From the NCBI GenBank assembly GCA_963668625.2, contig CAXXKA010000010.1:128001-192000 (forward strand): 64,000 nucleotides of DNA, given 5' to 3'. Shown here one piece after another: positions 41,645-51,486 of the stretch. This stretch comes from an uncultured candidate division Zixibacteria bacterium (GTDB taxonomy: Bacteria > Zixibacteria > MSB-5A5 > UBA10806 > 4484-95). A program made the position numbers and the translations under genes. The stretch's first letter is position 1, and the number at the start of each line of letters is the position of its first letter. Below the pieces are notes generated by a model. The model did not search any database and was not told the DNA's origin. It saw only the letters and a program-made list of their open reading frames with translations.

Positions 41645-43485
41645 AACATATACCTCACCGAGACATTGAAAAACTCCGTTATGTCTTTATCACGATCTTT
41701 CACTTCCCATTCTCGACGGCTGTATTTGAAATCGATATACTCGTTCGGTGACATCTGCCAGACAACCCGTAATGCGATTATATTTTTAGTATCGTGCAAA
41801 CGCTGCTCCCTCACGATATAGTCTTCTTCGATAAGCGAATCTGCTTGTTCGAGAACATGATTGTATTCTCTTTTAAGCTCCCAGCCGTATTCGGGTTCCA
41901 ACTGAAGCTCCTGGATCGGTCTGTAGTCTATTTTCAGGTGAGCATAGTGATAGCGCCTGTCCCAGCCGGTTGCCATCTGCCAGTTATCATCGTCGTAAAT
42001 CAACTTGCCGTAATCCTCGTAACGATAGGCATACGAGGGCATGAAATCGAGATTCTCCGATAACGCGATGGTTAACTTCGTTTCGGTCGAGGCTCGACGG
42101 AAAATCCTGTTGTTGGTCTCGAGTGGGTTAGGATCGTAGTCATAGATTATATAATTAGCTTGAATAGTGAATACCTGGTTGATTCCGAGCCTGCTGTAAG
42201 GCCTGTATTCCATCGAGGCTTGCAGTAAGTAAGTGTCGTTACGATTGTTACTGGCCGAGTTCAAACCGCTAATATATTTTTGATGGAAGCTGCTGTATGC
42301 TCCTCTTATCTCGGAATTGAAATAGTCACTGAATATCCGTTTTATCCGGCCGTTATAGATTTGCGTTTTAACATCGCGATCGTTCTGCTTTTCGCCGTGA
42401 AGACCGAAATATGAGGTCACGCCCAAGATGCCATCGAAAAAGACGGTGTCTGTTGGCGAAAGCCCGGCTATCAGTCCGAACGAAATCTCGCCGCCCTCGT
42501 TCCACTGATCGAGTACGCTGCTACGATAGTCGGCCTCGCCCCGGCTGTATTTATATCCCCCCTGAAGGTCGAACATATCTATAAAGGTTTTCTCGAAATT
42601 CACATCGTAGTTTCTTCCCTGATTGTAATTGTCGGCTTTGGTGAGCGTTGAGGTATTGCCGCCTCGATTGTAGATATACTTTAGCGTGCTGATATCGCCG
42701 GCCGCCCGAAATATCAATTCGTAAGGCAGAGTTATTTTAGCCAATCCCTCGGCGCGCCTATCGATTTTCACCTGCCTGACCACCAGAATCGAGTCAATTC
42801 CATTGGTGCTTGAACTGAGCCGATCGTAGTAGCGAGTGATGCTCTCTACATCCTCGATCCGCCAGGTCAGGCTGTCGTTGGTGTTGAACACCCGGCTGCC
42901 GTCAAAACCGAAATTGAACTCGCTGAACGGGATATTGTTGAGATCGTAGTGCTCGTATGATGCCCGCGAGTTCATATTATTACCCAACACTTTGATTTTT
43001 TTGGTTACGCCCGATATTCCCATGCCCATTCCTCTGTCCTCACCCTCGGGGGAGTCTCCCAGGCGATTGATAGAGCGGTTGGCTATGAATGGCGTGAAAT
43101 CGGCATAGCGCAGCTTTTTAAATGGCAGAGCCAGTTTTATCTCGGCGGTATATACTTTTCTATCCTGAAGAGCGTTGCGTGTGTGGTTTATATAAGGCGC
43201 GGCCGAGAAACCATCAATAATGCGATATTCGGCATTAAACGTGGCGCTCAGTTGTTCCTGCCATCTCTTATAGGGCTTTTTCAATAATAGGGAGCTGGCG
43301 TTAATATTCAAATCGCATTGCATCCTCTGGAAATCGAAATGCTTGCTATAGTTATTTTCCCAATTGTAGGTGTTATTGTTTTGAGAAAAATCGAGCATCA
43401 GTACCGATGGATTGGGATTTTCAGCCAATCCGGGAATAGTAAATATTATGGATATAGAAAGTACCGCAATTACAATGCGCACCAT
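41641..43485 (-). CDS. Putative outer-membrane beta-barrel protein
   Basis: Signal peptide, alternating amphipathic strands, C-terminal VSVRYMF. Confidence 0.7.
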   Translation of the reverse strand: MVRIVIAVLSISIIFTIPGLAENPNPSVLMLDFSQNNNTYNWENNYSKHFDFQRMQCDLNINASSLLLKKPYKRWQEQLSATFNAEYRIIDGFSAAPYINHTRNALQDRKVYTAEIKLALPFKKLRYADFTPFIANRSINRLGDSPEGEDRGMGMGISGVTKKIKVLGNNMNSRASYEHYDLNNIPFSEFNFGFDGSRVFNTNDSLTWRIEDVESITRYYDRLSSSTNGIDSILVVRQVKIDRRAEGLAKITLPYELIFRAAGDISTLKYIYNRGGNTSTLTKADNYNQGRNYDVNFEKTFIDMFDLQGGYKYSRGEADYRSSVLDQWNEGGEISFGLIAGLSPTDTVFFDGILGVTSYFGLHGEKQNDRDVKTQIYNGRIKRIFSDYFNSEIRGAYSSFHQKYISGLNSASNNRNDTYLLQASMEYRPYSRLGINQVFTIQANYIIYDYDPNPLETNNRIFRRASTETKLTIALSENLDFMPSYAYRYEDYGKLIYDDDNWQMATGWDRRYHYAHLKIDYRPIQELQLEPEYGWELKREYNHVLEQADSLIEEDYIVREQRLHDTKNIIALRVVWQMSPNEYIDFKYSRREWEVKDRDKDITEFFNVSVRYMF

Positions 43486-44255
43486 AACCCGTACAGCTCC
43501 ATGTACTCATCAAAGCTTAATTGCTCTGCTCGTATATCGATCATATGACCGGCTCTTTCGATCAAGCCCTCACATACATCTTTCGGTATATTCAGCCCGA
43601 TCTGCATCGAGTTGGCCAGGGTTTTTCTTTTTTGTCTAAAACAACCCCGGATGAATGTTTTGAAGTTCTCCAAATCATCGAAATTACCGTCAATAGGAAG
43701 GAGTTTTATCACGGAGGATTCCACTTTTGGTTCGGGTCTGAATGCTTTGGGAGAGATATTGAACAGATGGGAGGTGTCGAATCCGGCTTTCATTATCACA
43801 CTGAACGAGCCGTAATCGCGGCTGCCCGGATAGGCAATCAGGCGGTTGGCCACCTCTGTTTGGACCGTGAACACCGCCAGTGTAACCATGCTCTCGAACT
43901 CGTAAAGCTTCTCTATCAGCGCGGTCGAGATATTATACGGTAAATTGCCTATAATCTTGGCTTTATCCGGCAGATCACCGGCGGTTATTTTCATGACATC
44001 CCGGGAGACTATTTTCAGATTTTTATCACCACCGAAATTAGCCTCCAGCATAGGCACCAAATCACGGTCGAACTCGACCGCCGTTACGTTGCATTCGCGC
44101 TCGAGCAGGTATCGGGTAAGGGCGCCCATGCCGGCGCCTATTTCAACGACATTTTCTCCCGGATGAGGATCGATTGCCTCGACTATTTTAGCGGCGATGT
44201 TTTCCTTGACCAGGAAATTCTGCCCCAGTCGTTTCTTGGGTCTATACGGCGACAT
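43470..44255 (-). CDS. rsmA: 16S rRNA m6,2A dimethyltransferase
   Basis: KKRLGQNFL, VEIGAG, GNLPYNIS and F.PEPKVES. Confidence 0.96.
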   Translation of the reverse strand: MSPYRPKKRLGQNFLVKENIAAKIVEAIDPHPGENVVEIGAGMGALTRYLLERECNVTAVEFDRDLVPMLEANFGGDKNLKIVSRDVMKITAGDLPDKAKIIGNLPYNISTALIEKLYEFESMVTLAVFTVQTEVANRLIAYPGSRDYGSFSVIMKAGFDTSHLFNISPKAFRPEPKVESSVIKLLPIDGNFDDLENFKTFIRGCFRQKRKTLANSMQIGLNIPKDVCEGLIERAGHMIDIRAEQLSFDEYMELYGLWCAL

Positions 44256-45597
44256 ACTTTCTTATCCTTAAAGCGATTCCCATGCTATCGGCTATCTTGC
44301 GACATTTGCCAATATCGATCCGAGGGATATCCACCACGCTGAATGTAGTGGCAATACCGTTGTCTTTACATCCCGAGGCGAATTTAAGCATCTCATCATA
44401 GGCTTTCGCGCCGAACTGCGGTCGACATATTTCAGTGTAGACCTCGGCGTTTTCGGCATTCAAGCTGATACTCACCGAATCTATCAGGCCACTCAATTTC
44501 GCAGGCAGATCGGTTTTGTTAATCAGGCTACCCTGGCCGTTGGTGTCGAGACGAATCGGTATGTTCTTGGCTTTCAGTTTATCGGCGATGGAGATCATGA
44601 TATCAGCGCGAAGGGTCGGTTCACCCAGTCCGCAGAAAACTATCTCATCGTAACTATCATGGCTTTCTATCTGTTTTAGTATCGTCTCCTCATCCGGGTC
44701 GCTGTTTAGCAGAAGATTATGCCCGGCCACATGATGCCCTTTATGTTTGACACAGAAATAGCAGTTATTGGTGCATCTCATGGTGAGGTTTATATACAGG
44801 CTCTCCCCGATCGTATAGACTACCTCAGGAGTATCATCCAGGGGAAGTCCGAACATTCCGGCGGCGTTTTTTTCCGTGATCCGTTCGATATCCTCGTAAG
44901 TATAGCGGGGGAATACCTCTGTTAATTTCTCGATCACGTATTTGATATAGTCAGGTTGATTACGTTTGCCCCGGTAATTTTGGGGGGGGAGGTAAGGACA
45001 GTCGGTTTCGGTTACTATTTTCGATAACGGTATTTTTGCGGCAACCTCGGGTCGGTTCGATTTCGGATAAGTGATTGGCCCGCCGAACGCGATATAGTAG
45101 CCCATCTCTATTCCCTCGGCGGCGTAATTCTTGTCACCGGGGAATGCGTGAAGTACTCCCGCGTGATTGTTTCTTTTGCGCAGTATATCGTAAGCTTCAT
45201 CCATAGCCTGGCGGATATGTAACACTACCGGCTTGCCAAGCTCATCGGCTAAATCAAGCTGTCTCTCGAATACCTCTAGCTGAATATCATGGGGCGAGTG
45301 ATCGCGGTAATAGTCCAGGCCGATCTCGCCGATTGCCACTACTTTGGGATGCCCGGCCAGTTTTCTGATACGATCGTAGATATCATCGGTGAAATCTTTG
45401 GAATCATGCGGATGATAACCGACAGTCGCGTATATATAATCATATTTCTCAGCCAGTTCGATAGAGGCTTCAGAGGTCTCCAGGTCAACGCCGATATTCA
45501 CGATGTGCTTGACGCCGTTGCTATGGCAGGATTTAATCAAACTGTCTCTATCGTCATTGAAATTTGGAAAATCGAGATGAGCATGCGTATCGATCAT
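44242..45597 (-). CDS. tatD: TatD nuclease fused to a TatD-associated radical SAM domain
   Basis: IDTHAH, GEIGLD and ETDCP, then LYINLT.RCTNNCYFC and GLGEP; AAGGAGG before ATG 45597. Confidence 0.9.
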   Translation of the reverse strand: MIDTHAHLDFPNFNDDRDSLIKSCHSNGVKHIVNIGVDLETSEASIELAEKYDYIYATVGYHPHDSKDFTDDIYDRIRKLAGHPKVVAIGEIGLDYYRDHSPHDIQLEVFERQLDLADELGKPVVLHIRQAMDEAYDILRKRNNHAGVLHAFPGDKNYAAEGIEMGYYIAFGGPITYPKSNRPEVAAKIPLSKIVTETDCPYLPPQNYRGKRNQPDYIKYVIEKLTEVFPRYTYEDIERITEKNAAGMFGLPLDDTPEVVYTIGESLYINLTMRCTNNCYFCVKHKGHHVAGHNLLLNSDPDEETILKQIESHDSYDEIVFCGLGEPTLRADIMISIADKLKAKNIPIRLDTNGQGSLINKTDLPAKLSGLIDSVSISLNAENAEVYTEICRPQFGAKAYDEMLKFASGCKDNGIATTFSVVDIPRIDIGKCRKIADSMGIALRIRKYVAV

Positions 45598-45815
45598 GTA
45601 TCCTCCTTGCCCGATCAATATAACTTTTCTATGTGAAAGATCAAAACCATTTAGGATATTGAGGTACTAATAGTTGAGCTCAGTCAATACATTGTCTCCA
45701 TCAGGTTGATAATATCTGCCGGTTTACCGCGATGTTAATATGTTTGAACTTTGGGTTTATTTTTGATGTTTAATATAGCAGACAAGGTTAAATTTCATTA
45801 TATTGAGGTCAAGCT

Positions 45816-45947
45816 TTGATAACCGAATACGAGAATTATAAAGAGGCAGACCAGCTATGCGACCTCTGCGGCAACCCGATGGTGCAATGGCAATGTGAGC
45901 TAATGTGCCGTAACTGCGGCTACCGACGAGACTGTACCGATAGCTGA
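45816..45947 (+). CDS. 43-aa Cys-rich zinc-finger microprotein (not in the ORF track)
   Basis: GAGGT RBS plus TTG; MITEYENYKEADQLCDLCGNPMVQWQCELMCRNCGYRRDCTDS. Confidence 0.7.
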   Translation: MITEYENYKEADQLCDLCGNPMVQWQCELMCRNCGYRRDCTDS

Positions 45948-46046
45948 GCCCGGTTCGCTTAAAAGATTCCTTCGTTGGTGGCAATACGTATGGCTGAGTT
46001 TCGCCACCCGGCAAATCGTTCTCACCGGTGAAGGTTCTCCCAAGGG

Positions 46047-46079
46047 GGGCGTGGATTAATGTTCACGCCCTATTTTTTT
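46047..46079 (+). terminator. Intrinsic terminator
   Basis: GGGCGTGGA/TTCACGCCC stem plus T run. Confidence 0.8.
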
Positions 46080-46109
46080 CAGTTTATAAATAAATAACTT
46101 ATTGCTGAT

Positions 46110-46364
46110 CACTACTGTCCGGTCTTTTCATCTCGTTGCGAAGCGCTGTTTCGCAACGTGGCTTGTTTGCCGGCAGAATGCGCATTCTACATGATTCAAG
46201 AAGGTTTCCAAGCAGCGCTTGGAAACCAGAAAACCAAGCCTAACATCGGCAGGATATGTCAGGATGAATGATACGCTGAATAAAATAATTATATCGGAAA
46301 ATATTTTTCATTAACAATTCCAAGGAGAAATTTAAAATTTAACGAAAAACACCGGACACTAGTG
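46110..46364. mobile_element. 255-bp MITE, copy 2 (inverted relative to copy 1)
   Basis: Same TIRs; 9-bp TSD ATTGCTGAT (46101-46109 and 46365-46373). Confidence 0.95.
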
Positions 46365-46560
46365 ATTGCTGATAGTTACTAACTTTCCATGGCAGTCATT
46401 GCGAGGTAGCAAAGCGGACGAAGCAATCTTTCTGTTTATGGGATAACTCCTTCTAGCTGCAGTCGGTTTTAAGATATCAAAGCCGTTTTCACGTAAGTAT
46501 CAAAAACAGTTGCCCAATAATCTCAATCATAGTATCTATCGATAAAAAAAGGAGCCAACT

Positions 46561-47730
46561 CTGGATCAGGCTTTAGTCAACAGCTCTGTCGGGATATTAT
46601 TCATACTCGCCGGCAACTGCGCCTTGTGGTTCTATCTCGAAAAAAGCACTAAATGGAAATTGTTCAATTTCCTGCCACCGCTGGTATTTATCTACGCTGT
46701 CCCCGCTATATTTTCCAACACCGGACTGATTCCCGGCAAATCAGCCGTATACGACTGGATGGGAGCGAATCTGCTGCCTATCATTTTAACATTGCTTCTT
46801 CTGGATGTCGACGTACGAGCTACCGTTAAGGTGATGGGCAAGGGTGTATTCGTTATGCTATTAGGCTCCCTGGGCGTAGTTATCGGAGCGCCCATCGGTT
46901 ATTTTATCGTGAAAGGCTGGCTCGAGCCCGATGCCTGGAAAGGATTCGGCGCGCTGGCCGGTTCCTGGATCGGTGGAACCGGCAATATGGCGGCTGTATC
47001 CGAGGGATTGCATACCTCCGGTACCTCATTCGGTCTGGCGGTTATCGCCGATAACCTGGTATATCTAATCTGGTTGCCGATTCTCTTACAATCGAAAAAT
47101 CTGGCTAAATATTTCAATCGTTTTACGAGAGTTGATGATTCTCGTCTAGAAAGAATCAACAAAGCCTCTTCCGAGCTTGCCACGAAAAAAGGCAAATCCC
47201 GGATGAGGCATCTACTGTATTTGATAACTCTCGGCTCGGGCGTTGCTTATTTATCTTCTTTGATCGCCGGATATATCCCCGAAGCGCCACCGATACTTTC
47301 AACGAGCACGTATAAAATATTAATCGTTACCACGCTGGGTATCAGCCTGTCGTTCTCCCCGATGCGAAGAATCCCCGGTTCCTCCGAACTGGCGATGGCC
47401 TTACTGTATTTATTCGTTGCCAGGATGGGAGCTAAAGCGATCGTAAGCGGCCTGGCCGGACAAGCGGTTCCGTTCGTGGCAGGCGCTTATATTTGGATAT
47501 TCATACATGGCTTTTTCATACTAATCGCCGCCCGCATATTCAAAATCGATATTCACACCGCCGCTATATCTAGCGCGGCCAATATAGGCGGCGCGGCCTC
47601 CTCTCCCATCGTAGCGGCGTATCATGATGAGCGCCTGGTGCCGGTGAGCATCCTGATGGCTTTGGTAGGATATGCCGTAGGAACTTACGCGGCATTTTTA
47701 GCCGCCTGGCTGTGCAGCCTGGTGGCCTGA
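46561..47730 (+). CDS. DUF819-family membrane protein (probable CTG start)
   Basis: GSWIGGTGNM and SAANIGG motifs; AGGAG 6 nt before an in-frame CTG at 46561. Confidence 0.8.
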   Translation: MDQALVNSSVGILFILAGNCALWFYLEKSTKWKLFNFLPPLVFIYAVPAIFSNTGLIPGKSAVYDWMGANLLPIILTLLLLDVDVRATVKVMGKGVFVMLLGSLGVVIGAPIGYFIVKGWLEPDAWKGFGALAGSWIGGTGNMAAVSEGLHTSGTSFGLAVIADNLVYLIWLPILLQSKNLAKYFNRFTRVDDSRLERINKASSELATKKGKSRMRHLLYLITLGSGVAYLSSLIAGYIPEAPPILSTSTYKILIVTTLGISLSFSPMRRIPGSSELAMALLYLFVARMGAKAIVSGLAGQAVPFVAGAYIWIFIHGFFILIAARIFKIDIHTAAISSAANIGGAASSPIVAAYHDERLVPVSILMALVGYAVGTYAAFLAAWLCSLVA

Positions 47731-47812
47731 TAGATAGTGAACCTCAGTTAAAAAGCTAAACTGATACTATTCTAATAAGTATATGGATTTATTCAGAGTA
47801 ATCGAATATCAA

Positions 47813-48190
47813 TTAAAACGAACGAGCCAGCCCTACTCCGGCGAAAAGCGCCGCCAACCCCAGACCGTTCTGGATAAGGATATTTGCCATCGCCTGCATC
47901 CAGGCCGCCGATCTTGCCAACTCACCGGTTTCCAGGATAAACGCCGAAAACGTGGTGAATGCTCCCATGAATCCAACCAGTATGATCAAACGGGTTTGCC
48001 CCGAAACCGGCCACCGGTTTTCGAATAACACCCATAGCAAGCCAACCACGAAACATCCGAAAATATTGACCGCGAATGTACCCCAGGGGAAAGTGATACC
48101 ATCTATTTTGTTAATCAACGCGGATAAGCTGTAACGAGCAAGAGTGCCCATCGCCCCGGCTATCGCCAACAGTAGCATTTTTTGTATCAA
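47813..48190 (-). CDS. crcB: Fluoride channel Fluc/CrcB
   Basis: GA.G..ARY, PWGTF.VN and GFMGAFTTFS. Confidence 0.93.
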   Translation of the reverse strand: MIQKMLLLAIAGAMGTLARYSLSALINKIDGITFPWGTFAVNIFGCFVVGLLWVLFENRWPVSGQTRLIILVGFMGAFTTFSAFILETGELARSAAWMQAMANILIQNGLGLAALFAGVGLARSF

Positions 48191-48316
48191 CTCGGATGTC
48201 CTCTCTTATTACTGCTTGAGCGTTAGCCCAGGCTATTTTCGATAACTGGGAATTTATGAATTAGCCGGTCATTGGCAAGTAAAATTATCATCCCAGAATG
48301 TTAAAGACTGAATTTA

Positions 48317-48709
48317 TTACACGGCAGTTTCAGGATTAGTTTGAACGGAGGCTCTGCTTTTCTTTTTCTGTTCTATCATATAAACTAAAAAACGGCGATA
48401 CGGCGCGTGATAACATTCTGATTCGCAACCGGTTAACTGCTCAACATGAATACATCTACTACCGCAACCGTGTTCCTCGTACTCGCTTTTTTGCGGTAAT
48501 TTTTCCTGAATGAAATCGTCGAACAATTTGACATCCATAATAAAACTGGTGCCACATTCGGGTGTATTATGCTGAAAACAGTAAAACGAGTTAACCTCCT
48601 CCCGGCCATACAACATACCGATTATTTGGATATCAGGATCATGTATGATATCCTGGGCGGTTAGTTTCATCTTACACAGGTTACATTCTTTAATGAATTC
48701 ATTACTCAT
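48317..48709 (-). CDS. Small Cys-rich hypothetical protein A
   Basis: CxxC..HxxxxC and Cx3Cx8Cx3C; paralog at 49588-49974. Confidence 0.75.
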   Translation of the reverse strand: MSNEFIKECNLCKMKLTAQDIIHDPDIQIIGMLYGREEVNSFYCFQHNTPECGTSFIMDVKLFDDFIQEKLPQKSEYEEHGCGSRCIHVEQLTGCESECYHAPYRRFLVYMIEQKKKSRASVQTNPETAV

Positions 48710-48887
48710 TGCTTTTCCTTTATATTACATTAATACAATATATCGGTATTCAGAATAAAAGAGTAAGCGATGTATATTATTTTAAAACGACGGTGAACGA
48801 TATTGAGACGCATTTTCATTAAATAAACTTATAGTATTGAATAATAAACCATAATGTTATAGATATCATAGAAAAGAAAGGAATGTG

Positions 48888-49556
48888 ATGGCTGAATACG
48901 AATATACCGAACGGATGGTGTTAAACTGGGCCGAGAAATGCTACAGCGAATGGAACGCCGATTTTGCGTTTAACTCATCCGATACGGCGCTTCTGGTAAT
49001 AGATATTCAGGATGAATTCGTCAAACCCGGAATGACTCCATATTGGGCGCCACAGGCAACCAAGATAGTACCGGATATTAATGAACTTATCTCGTTTTGC
49101 CGTAAGGTGGAGATTCCGATTATTCATACGTTATTTACTAAAACGCATAATTATAAAGATCGTCCCCGAAGTGGCCGCTATATGCCCAATCGCTACCGCA
49201 ATCTCGATATCGATCAGTCGGGATTTTTCGTTGATAGTAAATTATACGATGAACTCGACTACCGCGAGGATGATATCCTCATTCGCAAGCCCTCTTACGG
49301 CGCTTTTTACGACACCCCACTCGAGACGGTGTTGAAAAATTATAATCGGGATACGGTGATAATAAGCGGCTGCCTGACAAACTACTGTTGCGGCACGACA
49401 GCCCGTCAGGCGTACGAGCGTGGCTATAAGGTCGTGTTCGGCTCGGATATCACCGCTACTGATTTACCCGAAATGCACGAGAACGAGTTGAAAGTGCTTC
49501 GCAAGGGATTCGCTCGTATTATGTGTAAAGATGATATAATCGAAGCGTTGAGTTAA
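48888..49556 (+). CDS. Isochorismatase-family cysteine hydrolase
   Basis: LLVIDIQ, K..YGAF and G.LTNYCC catalytic motifs. Confidence 0.9.
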   Translation: MAEYEYTERMVLNWAEKCYSEWNADFAFNSSDTALLVIDIQDEFVKPGMTPYWAPQATKIVPDINELISFCRKVEIPIIHTLFTKTHNYKDRPRSGRYMPNRYRNLDIDQSGFFVDSKLYDELDYREDDILIRKPSYGAFYDTPLETVLKNYNRDTVIISGCLTNYCCGTTARQAYERGYKVVFGSDITATDLPEMHENELKVLRKGFARIMCKDDIIEALS

Positions 49557-49587
49557 GCATCGAGCTTAATATTATCAGGAAAGTTGT

Positions 49588-49974
49588 CTACACTCTGGTT
49601 TTTGTTTTGGTTGCTTCCTTGGCTAAATCTTTTTGTGAGAGAACGAATTGCAGAAATTTCCTGAATGGCGCCTGCCTGCAATTTATATTGCAAATGCTTA
49701 AATCCTCTATATTCGTACAACGCTTTTCGCAAAGTTCTGTTTTGTGCTGGCTTACCACCGGGATGTAATCCTTTATCAGATGCTTGAACACTTCAGCGTC
49801 GATTATAAAACTGGTTTCGCAGTCGGGGATATCATGATGAAAAAAGTAATATGCTTTTTCGAGCTTTTCGATAAATGTCATACCGATTATCTTCAAGTCC
49901 GGATTGTAGATGAGATCATCAATTGTGAAGTTTCGTTTGCAAAGATCACAGGTTTTAACAATTTTATTATCCAT
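49588..49974 (-). CDS. Small Cys-rich hypothetical protein B
   Basis: Same motif set as protein A. Confidence 0.75.
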   Translation of the reverse strand: MDNKIVKTCDLCKRNFTIDDLIYNPDLKIIGMTFIEKLEKAYYFFHHDIPDCETSFIIDAEVFKHLIKDYIPVVSQHKTELCEKRCTNIEDLSICNINCRQAPFRKFLQFVLSQKDLAKEATKTKTRV

Positions 49975-50116
49975 TATATCCCCATATTTATAATATTAAT
50001 AGTATCGGTATCGACAAACTCGCTTCCAAAAATATATGCGATTGTTACAATTGATACTCAACATCAAGATGAACGGGGATGATATGGAATGTTTTAACTA
50101 TAGGTATGACTTTCGC

Positions 50117-51031
50117 TTAAGTCATATCAGTCTGTACCTGCGCTGAGAGTTTGTATTTGATGACCGCGTTTACGGCATCACAAACACGGTCTATGAATAT
50201 GCTGAGAAGCATCATGTAGAATAGCGAAAACAACATACCGATATATGGTATGGCCTGTATAACCGCGAATATACACAATGCTCTCACGAACCCCTCGGGC
50301 ATCTCGGTGGCGCTGATATTTCTTTCGTTTATATAGCGATTGAAATCCTCCGACCAACCCAGGAACGATTGAAATATCCAGTAGAAATTGTAGAACGGAA
50401 TGAACAGGTACCCCACTCCTTTGCCGGGCGTGGTGCGAGGTGCGCCATCCTGTATCGTGTTCCACATGGTGTGCACCAACATGGCAAAAATGACAATGCC
50501 GTAAGCGGCGATCAGAAAGCCGATGAGCCAGAAAACTACGGCCTCCTCCTCATCATTATCCATGACCAGCACTATGGCGATAACGAAAAAGATAATACTA
50601 ACGGTTGATGAGCCGAGTATAGAACCAAGATAGAATGGTTTTGAAAGTATCCTGGGCATACCCGGTACGTAATCGGCCCTACCCGGTTGCTGATAGCCTG
50701 CCGCGCCGGGCTCTTTTAGTGTTGGCGGTTTCAGTATGTTCTGCGGTTTAAGCGAGGGTAACTCGGCTGTCATAGCTATGGCCGGCATGATATACAGGGC
50801 ATAGAGAATAAAGCAGTAAGCCGCTAGAAATAGCAGGTCGAAAAAGACTCGCGCCCTGTACCATTCGACACCCAGATCCCATAACAGGCGTTGAAGCATA
50901 GGGATCAAAAATAAAGCCGCGAAACCGATGCCGCCGAATATCCCAACATGGGTATTGCGATATCTGTAAAATACTAATATACCGCAGGCGAGTATGGCAA
51001 GCTGGTTTAAGAAGAAAACAAAATCCGACAT
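50117..51031 (-). CDS. Membrane protein, DUF4328-like C-terminal half
   Basis: TPGKGVG.LFIPFYNFYW; multiple TMs; AGGAG RBS. Confidence 0.7.
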   Translation of the reverse strand: MSDFVFFLNQLAILACGILVFYRYRNTHVGIFGGIGFAALFLIPMLQRLLWDLGVEWYRARVFFDLLFLAAYCFILYALYIMPAIAMTAELPSLKPQNILKPPTLKEPGAAGYQQPGRADYVPGMPRILSKPFYLGSILGSSTVSIIFFVIAIVLVMDNDEEEAVVFWLIGFLIAAYGIVIFAMLVHTMWNTIQDGAPRTTPGKGVGYLFIPFYNFYWIFQSFLGWSEDFNRYINERNISATEMPEGFVRALCIFAVIQAIPYIGMLFSLFYMMLLSIFIDRVCDAVNAVIKYKLSAQVQTDMT

Positions 51032-51486
51032 GGTTCGTACTCCTGTGAATTATTTAAATCCGGAACTTTAAAGGTTAATGTTAAAACATCAATGCCCGGT
51101 GAATTTGAGAGTATATTCGTAATGTCATCCGAATAAGCGAGCTGTTTACAAAGATGATATCGGAACGCGTCAAGTATATTATGCCTCATGCGATTTGGCA
51201 ACAGGAAAAATGTTATAATGTTCGGCTATCAGGTTTATACATCGTTCATTGATACTGATATGATTTCCTGGTTTTAAAGCGTTTGAGGTAAACAGAGGTT
51301 TCGGCCCGTGAGAGATGATTATACGCCGAGGTCATCCTACGGTATTTACCATGATTTCATCGCCGAGCTATCCGCGCCGTAGACCGGCCTAAAAGTGTAA
51401 GCTTTTTATACTGTCGTAGATTTGCATGAAAGCGCAGATTTGTCATCCCGGACTTTATCCGGGATCCAGGGGAGGAGTGATTCGTT

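Noticed and set aside
45830-45910. SAM-I-like riboswitch (AAGAG..GGCAACC..GGTGC)
   Set aside because: No P1 closing helix or kink-turn consensus; the segment is better explained as the six-Cys microprotein ORF.
48190-48310. Fluoride riboswitch upstream of crcB
   Set aside because: No GGCGATGG..CGCC / GCTGATGAC consensus found on the minus strand.
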